Of a DNA stretch of 62,000 bases, positions 43,506 through 53,814 are shown piece after piece (position 1 is the first letter of the stretch; the number at the start of each line of letters is the position of its first letter). The position numbers and the translations under genes were made by a program. Where the stretch lies: positions 20,001-82,000 of the forward strand of contig NZ_JMCB01000002.1 of assembly GCF_000737315.1 (NCBI RefSeq), given 5' to 3'. A model generated the notes under the pieces. That model was not told the origin of the DNA, did not search any database, and saw nothing but the letters and a program-made list of their open reading frames with translations. Origin of the DNA: Hyalangium minutum. Its GTDB lineage: Bacteria; Myxococcota; Myxococcia; Myxococcales; Myxococcaceae.

Positions 43506-46500
43506 ATGCTCCTGAGTGATGTCTCCATCCGCCGGCCCGTCTTCACGGGCATGATGTGCCTGTGCCTCACTGTCCTAGGGTTGATGGGGTTCAACCGCCT
43601 GGGGACGGATCTCTACCCGGAGATGGCGTTCCCCTTCGTGGTGGTCAACACCGTCTACCCAGGCGCGGGGCCAGGCGAAATCGAGACTCAGGTCATCAAG
43701 CCCATCGAGGACGCGGTGGCCGGCATCAGCGGCGTGGAGACCATCCACTCCTGGAGCCGCGAGAACTTGGGCACGGTGGCGGTGCAGTTCTCGCTGAACG
43801 TGGAGCTGGACGCCTCGGTGCAGGAGGTGCGCGACAAAGTGGCCAACGTGGCCAACGAGCTACCCCTGGACGCGGAGGCGCCCGTGGTCAGCGCCGTGGA
43901 CATCGGGGCCATCCCGATCCTCACGTACACCGTGTCCGCCGAGCTGCCCTCCCAGGAGCTGCGCAAGCTCGTCGAAGATCGCATCAAGCCGGCGCTGGCT
44001 CAGTTGGAGGGTGCCGCCGAGGTGCGCATCACCGGCGGTGACGTGCGGGAGATCCAGGTGGACATCGACCTGGAGAAGGCCAAGGCCCTGGGCGTGACGC
44101 CCATCGAGATTGCCCAGCGCATTGGCATGGAGAACCTGAACTTGCCGGCGGGCCGGCTGCAGCTGGCAGCCACCGAGCTGACGGTGCGCGCGCTCGGGCA
44201 GTTCCGCAACGTGGAGGAGCTGCGCGCCCTGCCCGTGGCCAAGAGCCGCAACGGCGCGCAGGTGCGCCTGGACGAGGTGGCCACGGTGACCGACGGGGTG
44301 GCCGAGCGCCGCACCACGGCGCGCCTCAACAGCCGTGACGCCATCATCGTCGAGCTGGTGAAGCAGCCGGGCGCCAACACGGTGAAGGTGAGCGACCAGG
44401 TGAAGAAGAAGCTGGAGGAAATCTCTCCCTTCATCGGCCATGGCTTCAAGGCCACGCTGCTCATCGACCAGTCGGGGCTCATCCGCGAGAACGCCAAGGA
44501 GGTGTGGATCGCCCTCGTCTTCGGTGGCGCCATGGCGGTGCTCATCATCCTGTGCTTCCTGCTGGACCTGCGCGGCACCCTCATCTCGTCGCTGGCGCTG
44601 CCCACCTCCGTGGTGGGCACCTTCTTCGTGATGTACCTGCTGGGCTACACGCTCAACCAGATGACGCTGCTGGCGCTGTCGCTGGCCATCGGCCTGCTCA
44701 TCGACGACGCGGTGGTGGTGCGCGAGGCCATCACCCACCGGCTGGAGAAGGGCGAGGAGCCGATGTCCGCCGCCTCGAACGGCACCAAGGACGTGGGCCT
44801 GGCGGTGCTGGCGACCACCTTCTCGCTCATCGCGGTGTTCGTCCCCGTGGGCTTCATGCCGGGCCTGGTGGGCCAGTTCTTCAAGCAGTTCGGCCTCACC
44901 ATCTCCGTAGCGGTGCTCGTCTCCCTGTTCATCTCCTTCACGCTGGACCCGGCGCTGTCGGCCCGGTTCGCCAAGGCGCGCAAGCCCGGCGAGGTGCACC
45001 GTCACGGCGCGGTGGCGTCCGCCATCCGCAACGTGCTGGATGGCTCCGAGCGCCTCTACGCGCGCATCCTGGGCTGGGTGCTGTCCAACAAGTGGAAGAC
45101 GATAGGCATCACCCTGCTGGTGGTGGTGGGCTCGTTCGCCGCTGCCAGCCGCCTGGGCATGGAGAACCTGCCGGCGGAGGACCGCTCGCAGTTCCTCGTG
45201 GACCTGCAGCTGCCGGACTCGGCCAGCCTGGCGGAGACGGAGGCGCGCACCGCCCAGGCCGAGGCGCTCATCCAGCGCGTCTCCGACGTGAACGACCTCT
45301 ACAGCATCGTCGGTCTCAACGGCGACGTGTACAAGGCGCGCATCCGCGTGCTCACCCAGCCCAAGGCGGCGCGCAAGCGGAGCCTCCAGGACATCAAGGA
45401 GGAGGTGCGCGGGCTGCTGACGTCCGGGCTCATCGCCACGCAGGTGAACATGTCGGATCCGCCCATGATCGAGGGGCTCGGAGACTGGTACCCCATCATG
45501 CTGCGCGTCACCGGCCCGGATCTGGCCGTGGTGAACGCGGAGGCCCAGCGCGTGGCGCAGACCCTGCGGGAGATTCCGGGCACCTCGGACATCCGCGTGG
45601 AGGCCAACCCCTCCAAGCCCGAGCTGCAGATCCAGATTGACCGGGCGCGCTCCTCGGACGCGGACCTGAGCGCCGCGAACCTGGCCACGCAGCTCCGGCT
45701 GGCCATTGGCGGAGAAGTGGCGGCCAAGCTGCGCGAGGGCACGGACGAGACGGACATCCGCGTGCGGTTGGAGGAGCAGGACCGGGCCACGCCCGAGAAG
45801 GTGCGGCAAATCGAGGTGTACACCCCGCGCGGCCCGCGGCCGGTGACGGACGTGGCAGAGGTGAGCCTGAAGGACGGGCCGAGCGTCATCGAGCATGAGA
45901 ACCGCCAGCGGACGATCGCCGTCATCTCTCAGGTGGCCCCGGGCGCGGCGCTGGGAGACATCGCCACGAAGCTCCGGGCGGCCATGGCGGCCAAGCCTCT
46001 GTCGGCGGGCTACACCCTCATCTACGACGGCCAGATCAAGAGCCTGGACGAGCAGACTGCGGCCTTCGGCTCGGCCCTGGGGCTCTCGTTCATCTTCATC
46101 TTCATGGTGCTGGCCAGCCAGTTCGAGTCCCTCAAGCACCCCTTCACCATCATGGTGGCGCTGCCGCTGGCGCTGGTGGGCGCGCTGCTGGCGCTGGTGG
46201 TGACGGGCAACCACATGTCCATGGGCGCGACCATTGGCATCATCCTGCTGATGGGCCTGGTGACGAAGAACGCCATCCTCCTGGTGGACGCGGCACTGCA
46301 GAACCTGCGCGCCGGGGACAGCGTGGACGAGGCGCTGCTGAAGGCGGGCCCGCGGCGCCTGCGGCCCATCCTCATGACGAGCGCGGCCATGGTCATCGCC
46401 ATGGTGCCCACGGCGGTGGGCACGGGCCTGGGCTCGGAGTTCCGCTCGGCCATGGCCATCGCGGTCATCGGTGGCGTCATCACCTCCACCTTCCTCACGC

Positions 46501-46640
46501 TGCTGGTGGTGCCGGTGGTGTTCGCGGGCCTGGAGCGCGTGGGCTTCCGCCGCAAGCCACGCAGCGGGTCCGGGGGAGGGGTGACACAGGCCGCGCAGGT
46601 GACGCACGTCTCGCCCCAGTCGGACGACAAGGCCGCCTGA
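43506..46640 (+). CDS. RND efflux permease (AcrB/HAE1-like)
   Basis: 1044 aa; SIRRPV start; proton-relay motifs [23 protein letters not shown] and RLRPILMT intact. Confidence 0.95.
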   Translation: MLLSDVSIRRPVFTGMMCLCLTVLGLMGFNRLGTDLYPEMAFPFVVVNTVYPGAGPGEIETQVIKPIEDAVAGISGVETIHSWSRENLGTVAVQFSLNVELDASVQEVRDKVANVANELPLDAEAPVVSAVDIGAIPILTYTVSAELPSQELRKLVEDRIKPALAQLEGAAEVRITGGDVREIQVDIDLEKAKALGVTPIEIAQRIGMENLNLPAGRLQLAATELTVRALGQFRNVEELRALPVAKSRNGAQVRLDEVATVTDGVAERRTTARLNSRDAIIVELVKQPGANTVKVSDQVKKKLEEISPFIGHGFKATLLIDQSGLIRENAKEVWIALVFGGAMAVLIILCFLLDLRGTLISSLALPTSVVGTFFVMYLLGYTLNQMTLLALSLAIGLLIDDAVVVREAITHRLEKGEEPMSAASNGTKDVGLAVLATTFSLIAVFVPVGFMPGLVGQFFKQFGLTISVAVLVSLFISFTLDPALSARFAKARKPGEVHRHGAVASAIRNVLDGSERLYARILGWVLSNKWKTIGITLLVVVGSFAAASRLGMENLPAEDRSQFLVDLQLPDSASLAETEARTAQAEALIQRVSDVNDLYSIVGLNGDVYKARIRVLTQPKAARKRSLQDIKEEVRGLLTSGLIATQVNMSDPPMIEGLGDWYPIMLRVTGPDLAVVNAEAQRVAQTLREIPGTSDIRVEANPSKPELQIQIDRARSSDADLSAANLATQLRLAIGGEVAAKLREGTDETDIRVRLEEQDRATPEKVRQIEVYTPRGPRPVTDVAEVSLKDGPSVIEHENRQRTIAVISQVAPGAALGDIATKLRAAMAAKPLSAGYTLIYDGQIKSLDEQTAAFGSALGLSFIFIFMVLASQFESLKHPFTIMVALPLALVGALLALVVTGNHMSMGATIGIILLMGLVTKNAILLVDAALQNLRAGDSVDEALLKAGPRRLRPILMTSAAMVIAMVPTAVGTGLGSEFRSAMAIAVIGGVITSTFLTLLVVPVVFAGLERVGFRRKPRSGSGGGVTQAAQVTHVSPQSDDKAA

Positions 46641-46682
46641 GCCGGCCGGTCCGCCTCGGGCGCTGTGAGACGCCGCTCTGCC

Positions 46683-47432
46683 TCAGCCCGGGTAGAGCGG
46701 CGTCATCTTGTCGAGGATGGAGTTGAACAGGCGCTGGCCCTCCGGCGTGTCCGGGCACAGCCCGCCCCAGACGAGCGTGGTGCGATCGGCCATCGGCCGG
46801 AAGTACATCTTCCCGCGCATCCGCACGGGCTCGTAGCTCTCGCGCTGCTCGGAGAGGAAGCTCTCCTCGGGCACTCCGAAGACGGCGTAGTAGGTGAGGT
46901 CCGGCGTCACCGCGTCCTTCAGCCGGTGCAGGCCGCTGGGGATGATGCAGGCCACCTCGGCGGTGTGCCAGGGGCCCTCCTTGCCGCTGGTGGCCTCCTC
47001 CACGCGGAAGCACATCCGCGAGGGCGGGCAGCCCAGGTTGCCCGCGGTGAGGAAGTTGTAGTCCAGCCACGGCACCTCGAGCATCTCGTCCAGGTTGGGG
47101 CGCCCATCCCGGCGGAACCCCCACGGGCTCCCGTCCGGCTTGTACGCGCGCACCCCGTAGGCGCCGTAGAAGACGTTGTACCAGGGGCTTGCGGGGTCAA
47201 AGTAGCTGGAGCAGCCCCGGCCGTCGGTGAAGTCTCCGATGGAGAAGACCACTATCAAGTCAAACAGCCGCCGCAAGTCCTCGGCCATGAAGGGCTCATG
47301 GCCCACCGCGCCAATGGAACCTGTCAGGTGGGGAACAGGCGTGAGCACTCCTGAGTCGGCCAGGAAGTTCTTCTGGCCCGGCAGCGGCGTGGCGCGCAAG
47401 GCCATGGCGGCCAGCTCTCTTTGAAGACCCAT
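46683..47432 (-). CDS. Hypothetical protein
   Basis: About 249 aa, aromatic-rich (YFDPASPWYNVFYGAYG), host-like codons. Start uncertain. Confidence 0.65.
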   Translation of the reverse strand: MGLQRELAAMALRATPLPGQKNFLADSGVLTPVPHLTGSIGAVGHEPFMAEDLRRLFDLIVVFSIGDFTDGRGCSSYFDPASPWYNVFYGAYGVRAYKPDGSPWGFRRDGRPNLDEMLEVPWLDYNFLTAGNLGCPPSRMCFRVEEATSGKEGPWHTAEVACIIPSGLHRLKDAVTPDLTYYAVFGVPEESFLSEQRESYEPVRMRGKMYFRPMADRTTLVWGGLCPDTPEGQRLFNSILDKMTPLYPG

Positions 47433-47474
47433 GAGACCCTCCAGGAAGCGAGCGGACGAGGGTAAACTACTCGC

Positions 47475-48026
47475 ATGCAGGAGAAGCTGGTCTTCGATCA
47501 GACCCTCGAAGGTCTGTTCGTCCGAGGACTGGACGGCCGGGTGACCCCAACACTCAAGCTGCACTTGAGGGAGGTGGGAGTGGACCTCGACCGCAAGCTT
47601 CTGCCTGCCTACCCCTTCGAGACGTGGTGCTCCTGTGTGCGTGTAGCTGCGCAAACGCTGTATGCGGAGACGCCCCAGGAAGAGGCCTACCGCGAGCTGG
47701 GGGAGCGGATGGTGGACGGCTACCGGGGGACGATGATGGGGCGGGCGCTGTTCAGCGTGCTCCAGCTGCTGGGCCCCCGGCGGGTGCTGAGCCGGGTGCA
47801 GCAGAGCTTCCGCTCGGGAAACAACTACACGGAGGTTCGCACCGAGGACTTGGGCCCGACTCACCTGCGGCTGTGGGTGAACGAGGCCGGGCCCACCCGC
47901 TATTTGATGCAGGGCGCCATCCTGGCGGGCATGCGAGGGTGTGGCGTCCAGGAAGCCCAGGTGCGGGTGCGCGGCTTCACCGCCGAGGACGTCACCTTCG
48001 AGGTGGAGTGGCGGGAGAAGGGCTGA
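47475..48026 (+). CDS. DUF2378/TIGR02265 family protein
   Basis: EKLVFDQTLEGLF, GVDLDRKLLPAYP, RELGERMVDGY and GPRRVL...FRSGNNY are typical of the family. Confidence 0.88.
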   Translation: MQEKLVFDQTLEGLFVRGLDGRVTPTLKLHLREVGVDLDRKLLPAYPFETWCSCVRVAAQTLYAETPQEEAYRELGERMVDGYRGTMMGRALFSVLQLLGPRRVLSRVQQSFRSGNNYTEVRTEDLGPTHLRLWVNEAGPTRYLMQGAILAGMRGCGVQEAQVRVRGFTAEDVTFEVEWREKG

Positions 48027-48133
48027 GCCTGGCCCCTCGTGCAGCAGGCGACGTGGCGTGAACTCTTCAGGGGCCGTTGAGAGGGCGCGGTGATAAGGAC
48101 CTTCTGACTGTTCTCTGGAGTCAGGCCTATCCC

Positions 48134-51100
48134 ATGTCCAGGATGATGTCCGTGCGGGGTTACCCCGCCCTCTCCCAGTTCCGCAGGGACAAGCTGCTCG
48201 CCCTGTGCCGCGAGCACGTGCCCGAGGCGGCCTCCGTCTACGCGGAGTACATGCACTTCATCGACACCTCGTCCGAGATGTCCGAGGACGAGAAGTCCGT
48301 GCTGTACCGCCTGCTCGAGTATGGCCCGCGCATTCCGCAGGGCGTGTGGACAGGCAGCCGGCTCATCGTCATTCCGCGGCCCGGGACGATGACGCCCTGG
48401 TCCTCGAAGGCGACGGACATCGCGCGGAGCTGTGGCCTGGAGCGGGTGAAGCGCATCGAGCGAGGGCTGTGTTTCTTCGTCCATGACAGCGAGGAAGGCC
48501 CGCTGACGCGCGAGCAGATGGAGCGCCTGAAGCACGTGCTGTACGACCGGATGACGCAGACGGTGATCTGGCGGATGGAGGATGCCGCGCAGCTCTTCGC
48601 TGATCACCCGCAGCGGCCGCTCTCCACGGTGGACGTGCTGGGAGGAGGCCGGCCCGCGCTGGTGGCGGCCAACCAGGAGCTGGGGCTGGCGCTGGCGGAC
48701 GACGAGGTGGACTACCTGGTGGCGCGCTTCGGCGAGCTGAAGCGGAACCCCACGGACGTCGAGCTGATGATGTTCGCGCAGGCGAACAGCGAGCACTGCC
48801 GGCACAAGATCTTCAACGCGAGCTGGACCATCGATGGCAAGCCGCAGGAGCGCTCGCTGTTCCAGGCCATCAAGAACACGTACGCGGCGCACAGCGAAGG
48901 CGTGCTGTCGGCGTACAAGGACAACGCGGCGGTGATCCAGGGTGTGGAGGCGGAGCGCTTCTTCCCGGATCCGGAGACGGGCGAGTGGCGTTCACGGCGT
49001 GAGCCCACGCACGTGCTGATGAAGGTGGAGACGCACAACCACCCGACGGCCATCTCTCCGTATCCGGGGGCGGCGACGGGAGCGGGCGGGGAGATCCGCG
49101 ACGAGGGCGCCACGGGGCGGGGCGCGAAGCCGAAGGCGGGGCTCACGGGCTTCTCGGTGTCGCACCTGCGCATTCCGGGCTACGAGCGGCCCTGGGAGAA
49201 GGCCTACGGCAAGCCGGTGCGGATTGTCTCCGCGCTGGACATCATGCTGGAGGGGCCGATTGGCGGGGCGGCGTACAACAACGAGTTCGGTCGGCCGAAC
49301 TTGTGCGGCTACTTCCGCAGCTTCGAGGCGCAGGTGTCCACGCCGGAGGGTATGGAGGTGCGCGGGTACCACAAGCCCATCATGATTGCGGGCGGCCTGG
49401 GCAACATCCGGCCGCAGCACGTGCAGAAGGGGAAGCTGCGGGCGGGGGACAAGATCGTCGTGCTCGGCGGGCCGGCGATGCTGATTGGCCTGGGCGGAGG
49501 GGCGGCCTCGTCCATGGCGCAGGGCTCGAGCGCGGCGGACCTGGACTTCGCCTCGGTGCAGCGGGACAACGCGGAGATGGAGCGGCGGTGCCAGGAGGTG
49601 ATCGACCGCTGCTGGGCGCTGGGGGAGCTGAACCCCATCCGGTCCATCCACGACGTGGGGGCAGGCGGTCTGTCGAACGCGGTGCCCGAGCTGGTGCACG
49701 ACAACGCGCTGGGCGGGCACTTCGAGCTGCGGGCAATTCCGAACGCGGAGCCGGGGATGTCCCCGGTGGAGATTTGGTGCAACGAGGCGCAGGAGCGCTA
49801 CGTGCTGGCGGTGGCGCCGGAGGACCTGGAGCGCTTCGCGGCGCTGTGTGAGCGGGAGCGCGCGCCGTACGCGGTGCTGGGAGAGGCCACGGCGGAGCAG
49901 GCGCTGAAGCTGGGGGACTGGCACTTCGGCAATACGCCGATCAACCTGCCGATGGACGTGCTGTTCGGCAAGCCGCCGAAGATGCACCGGGACGTGAAGT
50001 CTCGGCCGCTGACGCACGTGCCGGTGAGGCTGGACGGAGCGGAGCTGGGGGACATGGTAGCGCGGGTGCTGGAGCACCCGACGGTGGCGGACAAGTCGTT
50101 CCTCGTCACGATTGGGGATCGGACGGTGTCGGGGCAGACGGCGCGGGATCAGATGGTGGGCCCGTGGCAGGTGCCGGTGGCGGACTGCGCGGTGACGGCG
50201 ACGACCATCACCAGCCACACGGGCGAGGCCATGGCAATGGGAGAGCGGACGCCGCTGGCGCTCATCAGCGCGGCGGCCTCGGCGCGGATGGCGGTGGGCG
50301 AGGCGGTGACGAACATCGCGGCGGCGCGCATCGAGAAGCTGTCGGACGTGAAGCTGTCGGCGAACTGGATGGCGGCGGCGGGGAGCCCGGGCGAGGACGC
50401 GAACCTCTACGCTGCGGTGCACGCGGTGGGGATGGAGCTGTGTCCGTCGCTGGGGCTGACCATTCCGGTAGGCAAGGACTCGATGTCCATGCGCACGGCG
50501 TGGGAGGAGAAGGGTGGACGCAAGGCGGTGGTGGCGCCGGTGTCGCTCATCGTCTCGGCGTTCGCGCCGGTGGTGGACGTGCGGCAGTCGTTGACGCCGC
50601 AGCTGCGCGAGCCGGCTGGAGACACGCGGCTGCTCTTCATCGACTTGGCGAAGGGGCGGCAGCGGCTGGGTGGCTCGGTGCTGGCGCAGGTCTACGAGCA
50701 GGTGGGGGCGGAGTGCCCGGACGTGGAGGATCCGGCGCTGCTGCGAGGGTTCTTCGCGGCGCTGCAGGAGCTGAACGCGGCGGGGCGGGTGCTGGCGTAC
50801 CACGACCGCTCGGATGGAGGTCTGCTGGCGACGCTGGCGGAGATGGCGTTCGCGGGCCACTGCGGGCTGGACGTGGACGTGGCGGCGCTCGGAGGGGAGG
50901 CTCCTGCGGCTCTCTTCAACGAGGAACTGGGAGCGGTGCTGCAGGTGCGCGCGGCGGACGTGGGGAGCGTGCGCGAGGTGCTGGTGCGGCACGGGGCGCT
51001 GGTGCACGAGCTGGGGCGGCCTCGGGCGGAGCTGGAGGTGCGGCTGCGGCAGGGCGGGAAGACGCTGCTCGAGGTGCCGACGATGGCGCTGCGGCATTAC

Positions 51101-52036
51101 TGGTCGCGCGTCAGCTACGAGATGCAGAAGCTGCGGGACAACCCGCGCTGCGCGGAGGAGGAGTACGCGGCGAAGTGCGACCCGGACGATCCGGGCCTGT
51201 CGCCGAAGCTCACGTTCGATCCGAAGGAGGACGTCGCGGCGCCGTACATTGCCAAGGGGGCGAAGCCTCGGGTGGCAGTGCTGCGTGAGCAGGGTGTGAA
51301 CAGCCAGATGGAGATGGCGGCGGCGTTCACGCGTGCGGGCTTTGCGGCGGTGGACGTGCACATGAGCGACGTGCTGGCCGGGCGCGTGTCGCTGAAGGAC
51401 TTCAAGGGCGTGCTGGCGTGCGGAGGGTTCTCCTTCGGCGACGTGCTGGGAGCCGGTGGAGGGTGGGCGAAGTCCATCCTCTTCAACCCCAGGGCGCGGG
51501 ACGAGTTCTCGGCGTTCTTCGCGCGGCCGGACAGCTTCGGGCTGGGCATCTGCAACGGTTGCCAGATGATGGCGCAGCTGAAGGAGATCATCCCGGGAGC
51601 GGATCACTTCCCGCGCTTCGTGAGGAACGCGTCAGAGCAATTCGAAGCGCGGCTGTCCCTGGTGGAGGTAGCGGAGAGCCCCTCGCTGTTCTTCAAGGGG
51701 ATGGCAGGGAGCCGGATGCTGATCGCCGTGTCGCACGGTGAGGGGTTCGCGGAGTTCCCCAACCGGGAGGAGGCGGCACGGGTGAACGGGCTCGGCCTGG
51801 TGACGGCGCGCTTCGTGGACAACCACGGTCAGGTGACGGAGAAGTACCCGGCGAACCCGAACGGCTCACCGTTTGGCCTGTGCGGACTGACGACGGTGGA
51901 CGGGCGTTTCACGCTGATGATGCCGCATCCGGAGCGGGTGCACCGGACGGTGCAGCACTCGTGGCATCCGGACAGCTGGGGCGAGGACGGCCCGTGGATG
52001 CGCCTGTTCCGCAACGCCCGGGCGTGGCTGGGCTAA
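48134..52036 (+). CDS. purL: Phosphoribosylformylglycinamidine synthase (large fused PurL)
   Basis: [44 protein letters not shown]; glutaminase motifs GICNGCQM and MMPHPER. Confidence 0.97.
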   Translation: MSRMMSVRGYPALSQFRRDKLLALCREHVPEAASVYAEYMHFIDTSSEMSEDEKSVLYRLLEYGPRIPQGVWTGSRLIVIPRPGTMTPWSSKATDIARSCGLERVKRIERGLCFFVHDSEEGPLTREQMERLKHVLYDRMTQTVIWRMEDAAQLFADHPQRPLSTVDVLGGGRPALVAANQELGLALADDEVDYLVARFGELKRNPTDVELMMFAQANSEHCRHKIFNASWTIDGKPQERSLFQAIKNTYAAHSEGVLSAYKDNAAVIQGVEAERFFPDPETGEWRSRREPTHVLMKVETHNHPTAISPYPGAATGAGGEIRDEGATGRGAKPKAGLTGFSVSHLRIPGYERPWEKAYGKPVRIVSALDIMLEGPIGGAAYNNEFGRPNLCGYFRSFEAQVSTPEGMEVRGYHKPIMIAGGLGNIRPQHVQKGKLRAGDKIVVLGGPAMLIGLGGGAASSMAQGSSAADLDFASVQRDNAEMERRCQEVIDRCWALGELNPIRSIHDVGAGGLSNAVPELVHDNALGGHFELRAIPNAEPGMSPVEIWCNEAQERYVLAVAPEDLERFAALCERERAPYAVLGEATAEQALKLGDWHFGNTPINLPMDVLFGKPPKMHRDVKSRPLTHVPVRLDGAELGDMVARVLEHPTVADKSFLVTIGDRTVSGQTARDQMVGPWQVPVADCAVTATTITSHTGEAMAMGERTPLALISAAASARMAVGEAVTNIAAARIEKLSDVKLSANWMAAAGSPGEDANLYAAVHAVGMELCPSLGLTIPVGKDSMSMRTAWEEKGGRKAVVAPVSLIVSAFAPVVDVRQSLTPQLREPAGDTRLLFIDLAKGRQRLGGSVLAQVYEQVGAECPDVEDPALLRGFFAALQELNAAGRVLAYHDRSDGGLLATLAEMAFAGHCGLDVDVAALGGEAPAALFNEELGAVLQVRAADVGSVREVLVRHGALVHELGRPRAELEVRLRQGGKTLLEVPTMALRHYWSRVSYEMQKLRDNPRCAEEEYAAKCDPDDPGLSPKLTFDPKEDVAAPYIAKGAKPRVAVLREQGVNSQMEMAAAFTRAGFAAVDVHMSDVLAGRVSLKDFKGVLACGGFSFGDVLGAGGGWAKSILFNPRARDEFSAFFARPDSFGLGICNGCQMMAQLKEIIPGADHFPRFVRNASEQFEARLSLVEVAESPSLFFKGMAGSRMLIAVSHGEGFAEFPNREEAARVNGLGLVTARFVDNHGQVTEKYPANPNGSPFGLCGLTTVDGRFTLMMPHPERVHRTVQHSWHPDSWGEDGPWMRLFRNARAWLG

Positions 52037-52053
52037 AGGACGGCTTCACGGGC

Positions 52054-52620
52054 TCAGGCCCGGTGGCTGCTCTCGCCCGTCACGACGGCTGAGCCGATCA
52101 GGTGCGCCAGCCGGAGCGGCTCCGGCACGTGCCCCCGATCCGTGACTCGCGCGAGCGCCTCGGCCACCTCGGAGGGCTCCGCTCCCTGCACCTGGAAGGT
52201 GAAGCCGCCTACCTGATGGATGGGGCCCGCCCGCCTCAACAATGCCAGACGTTGCTCTGCGCGGGGCAGTCGCCGCAGGGCTTGCTCCACGGCCGCCAGA
52301 TCCGGCATGCGCCGCATCACCGACACGCACGGACGCTTCAGGCGCGCCGCCAGCGCTGGCAGGTCCACCACGTTGAAGCCACCGAAGGCAATTCCATCCA
52401 GCAACACCAGGTGGAGCTGCGGGAGGAACTTGCCGCCCTCCAGCAGCCGGCACACCTCCTGTGTCGCCGTCCACCCGTCCTTGCGCACCCGTCCCCAGAC
52501 GAGCCCCTCGAAGCGCGTGCCGCTGCACACCACCCCCACCACGGGCACCACGGCACCCGGGCGGCGCTGGAAGGGCGCGTCGTCGAAGCCGATGACACGA
52601 GGCAAGCGGGGCAGTCGCAT
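52054..52620 (-). CDS. DUF99 family (endonuclease V-like) protein
   Basis: VIGFDDAPF, DGWTAT, LLDGIAFGGFNVVD and VPEPLRLAHLI. Confidence 0.85.
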   Translation of the reverse strand: MRLPRLPRVIGFDDAPFQRRPGAVVPVVGVVCSGTRFEGLVWGRVRKDGWTATQEVCRLLEGGKFLPQLHLVLLDGIAFGGFNVVDLPALAARLKRPCVSVMRRMPDLAAVEQALRRLPRAEQRLALLRRAGPIHQVGGFTFQVQGAEPSEVAEALARVTDRGHVPEPLRLAHLIGSAVVTGESSHRA

Positions 52621-52641
52621 GGAAGGAGTCTGCGCTCTCTC

Positions 52642-52684
52642 AAAAAAACGGAAGCCCGACCACCGAGAAGGGGGCCGGGCTCCG
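52642..52684 (-). terminator. Rho-independent terminator of the cold-shock gene
   Basis: On the minus strand GGAGCCCGGCC...GGTCGGGCTTCC followed by GTTTTTTT. Confidence 0.8.
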
Positions 52685-52706
52685 GAACATCACCTGGGAG
52701 TGCGTC

Positions 52707-52910
52707 TCAGGCGGCGCGGACGTTCTGCGCCTGCAGGCCCTTGGGGCCCTTGGTGACCTCGAACTGCACCTTCTGGCCCTCGGCCAGCGTGCGGAAGCCA
52801 TCCATGTTGATCGCGGTGTGGTGGACGAACACGTCCTCACCTCCGCCATCCTGGGTGATGAAACCGAAGCCCTTCGCGTCGTTGAACCACTTCACAGTAC
52901 CAGTTGCCAT
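52707..52910 (-). CDS. cspA: Cold-shock protein (CspA family)
   Basis: [23 protein letters not shown] and [10 protein letters not shown]. Which paralog is not resolvable from sequence alone. Confidence 0.96.
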   Translation of the reverse strand: MATGTVKWFNDAKGFGFITQDGGGEDVFVHHTAINMDGFRTLAEGQKVQFEVTKGPKGLQAQNVRAA

Positions 52911-53158
52911 GAACCTTCTTCTTTCGTTGCAAGGCGGCTTTCACCGCCCTTCATTCATACCCAGCACGCTGGGTGAGCGCTCACGTAGCCCGACTCTCCC
53001 AGAAAGTCGAGAGGGCGGCAGTGGAAGCGTCGAAAAAGAGGAGAGGCTGAACAGCTCTCCGTGAATATTCCAACACCAGAAGCAGGCAGGCACGCGTGGG
53101 TACGCGCGCGGGCGCCGAGTGCATAGCTTGAAGGGCTAAAACCTCTCAGGAGTCTCGG

Positions 53159-53707
53159 ATGGCCGAGCTGAACCCTCTCCAAGACACGCACCCCTCGCGG
53201 GAAAGCCTTTCACGCGCGGTCTCCCAGGCCCTGCGCCACGTTTGGGATCGCAGCGCCGCGGCAGGCATTGTCTCCCAGCCGCTCGCGGGAGGACGGCTGC
53301 CGCTGCGCCGCTGGCTGCCCCAGGGCGCACACTCGCTGCTCGATATCGCGGCGGGGGTGGCGGTGGCGCTCGCGGGACAGCTCTCCGGGGACCGCACAGC
53401 TCAGCGCGTCAGCCGGCTGTTGGGACTGAAGCTCGTGGGCACCACCCTGCTCACGGACAGCCAGGTGACGCTCTCTCGCCTGGTGCCCATCGAGCTGCAC
53501 GAGCTGGTGGACTACGGCTGGGGGCTCGCCACCCTGGCCGCGCCCTTCGTGGGGGGCTACGCGCGCAGGGCTCCTGGGGCCACGGCGGTGCACGTGCTGG
53601 CGGGAACGGCCGTCATCGTCGGCTCGCTCGTCACGGACTATCGCTGCCGCAGCGGCATGCACTTGGGCCACGAGCGCATCACGGATCCGGGGCCTCTCAG
53701 CGCATGA
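53159..53707 (+). CDS. Small membrane protein with internal two-fold repeat
   Basis: Repeated H..LD(Y)...TD(Y) units (HSLLDI...LLTDS; HELVDY...LVTDY) with hydrophobic helices. Confidence 0.7.
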   Translation: MAELNPLQDTHPSRESLSRAVSQALRHVWDRSAAAGIVSQPLAGGRLPLRRWLPQGAHSLLDIAAGVAVALAGQLSGDRTAQRVSRLLGLKLVGTTLLTDSQVTLSRLVPIELHELVDYGWGLATLAAPFVGGYARRAPGATAVHVLAGTAVIVGSLVTDYRCRSGMHLGHERITDPGPLSA

Positions 53708-53729
53708 GCGACCGAGGCGTGAGGCCCTG

Positions 53730-53768
53730 AAAAGCGAAGCGGCAGGGCACCCGGAGGCACCCTGCCGC
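53730..53768 (-). terminator. Terminator hairpin between convergent genes (hppA side has the U tract)
   Basis: GCGGCAGGG-loop-CCCTGCCGC 9-bp stem; the minus strand continues TTCGCTTTT. Confidence 0.65.
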
Positions 53769-53814
53769 TCGTGAAGCTCAGGGAAGCGGGAGCCTCAGGC
53801 CCCCGCTCTCGGGA

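Noticed and set aside
42354-46640. RND pump lacking an adjacent outer-membrane factor or regulator
   Set aside because: Common arrangement; TolC-type channels are often encoded elsewhere, and the transport motifs are intact.
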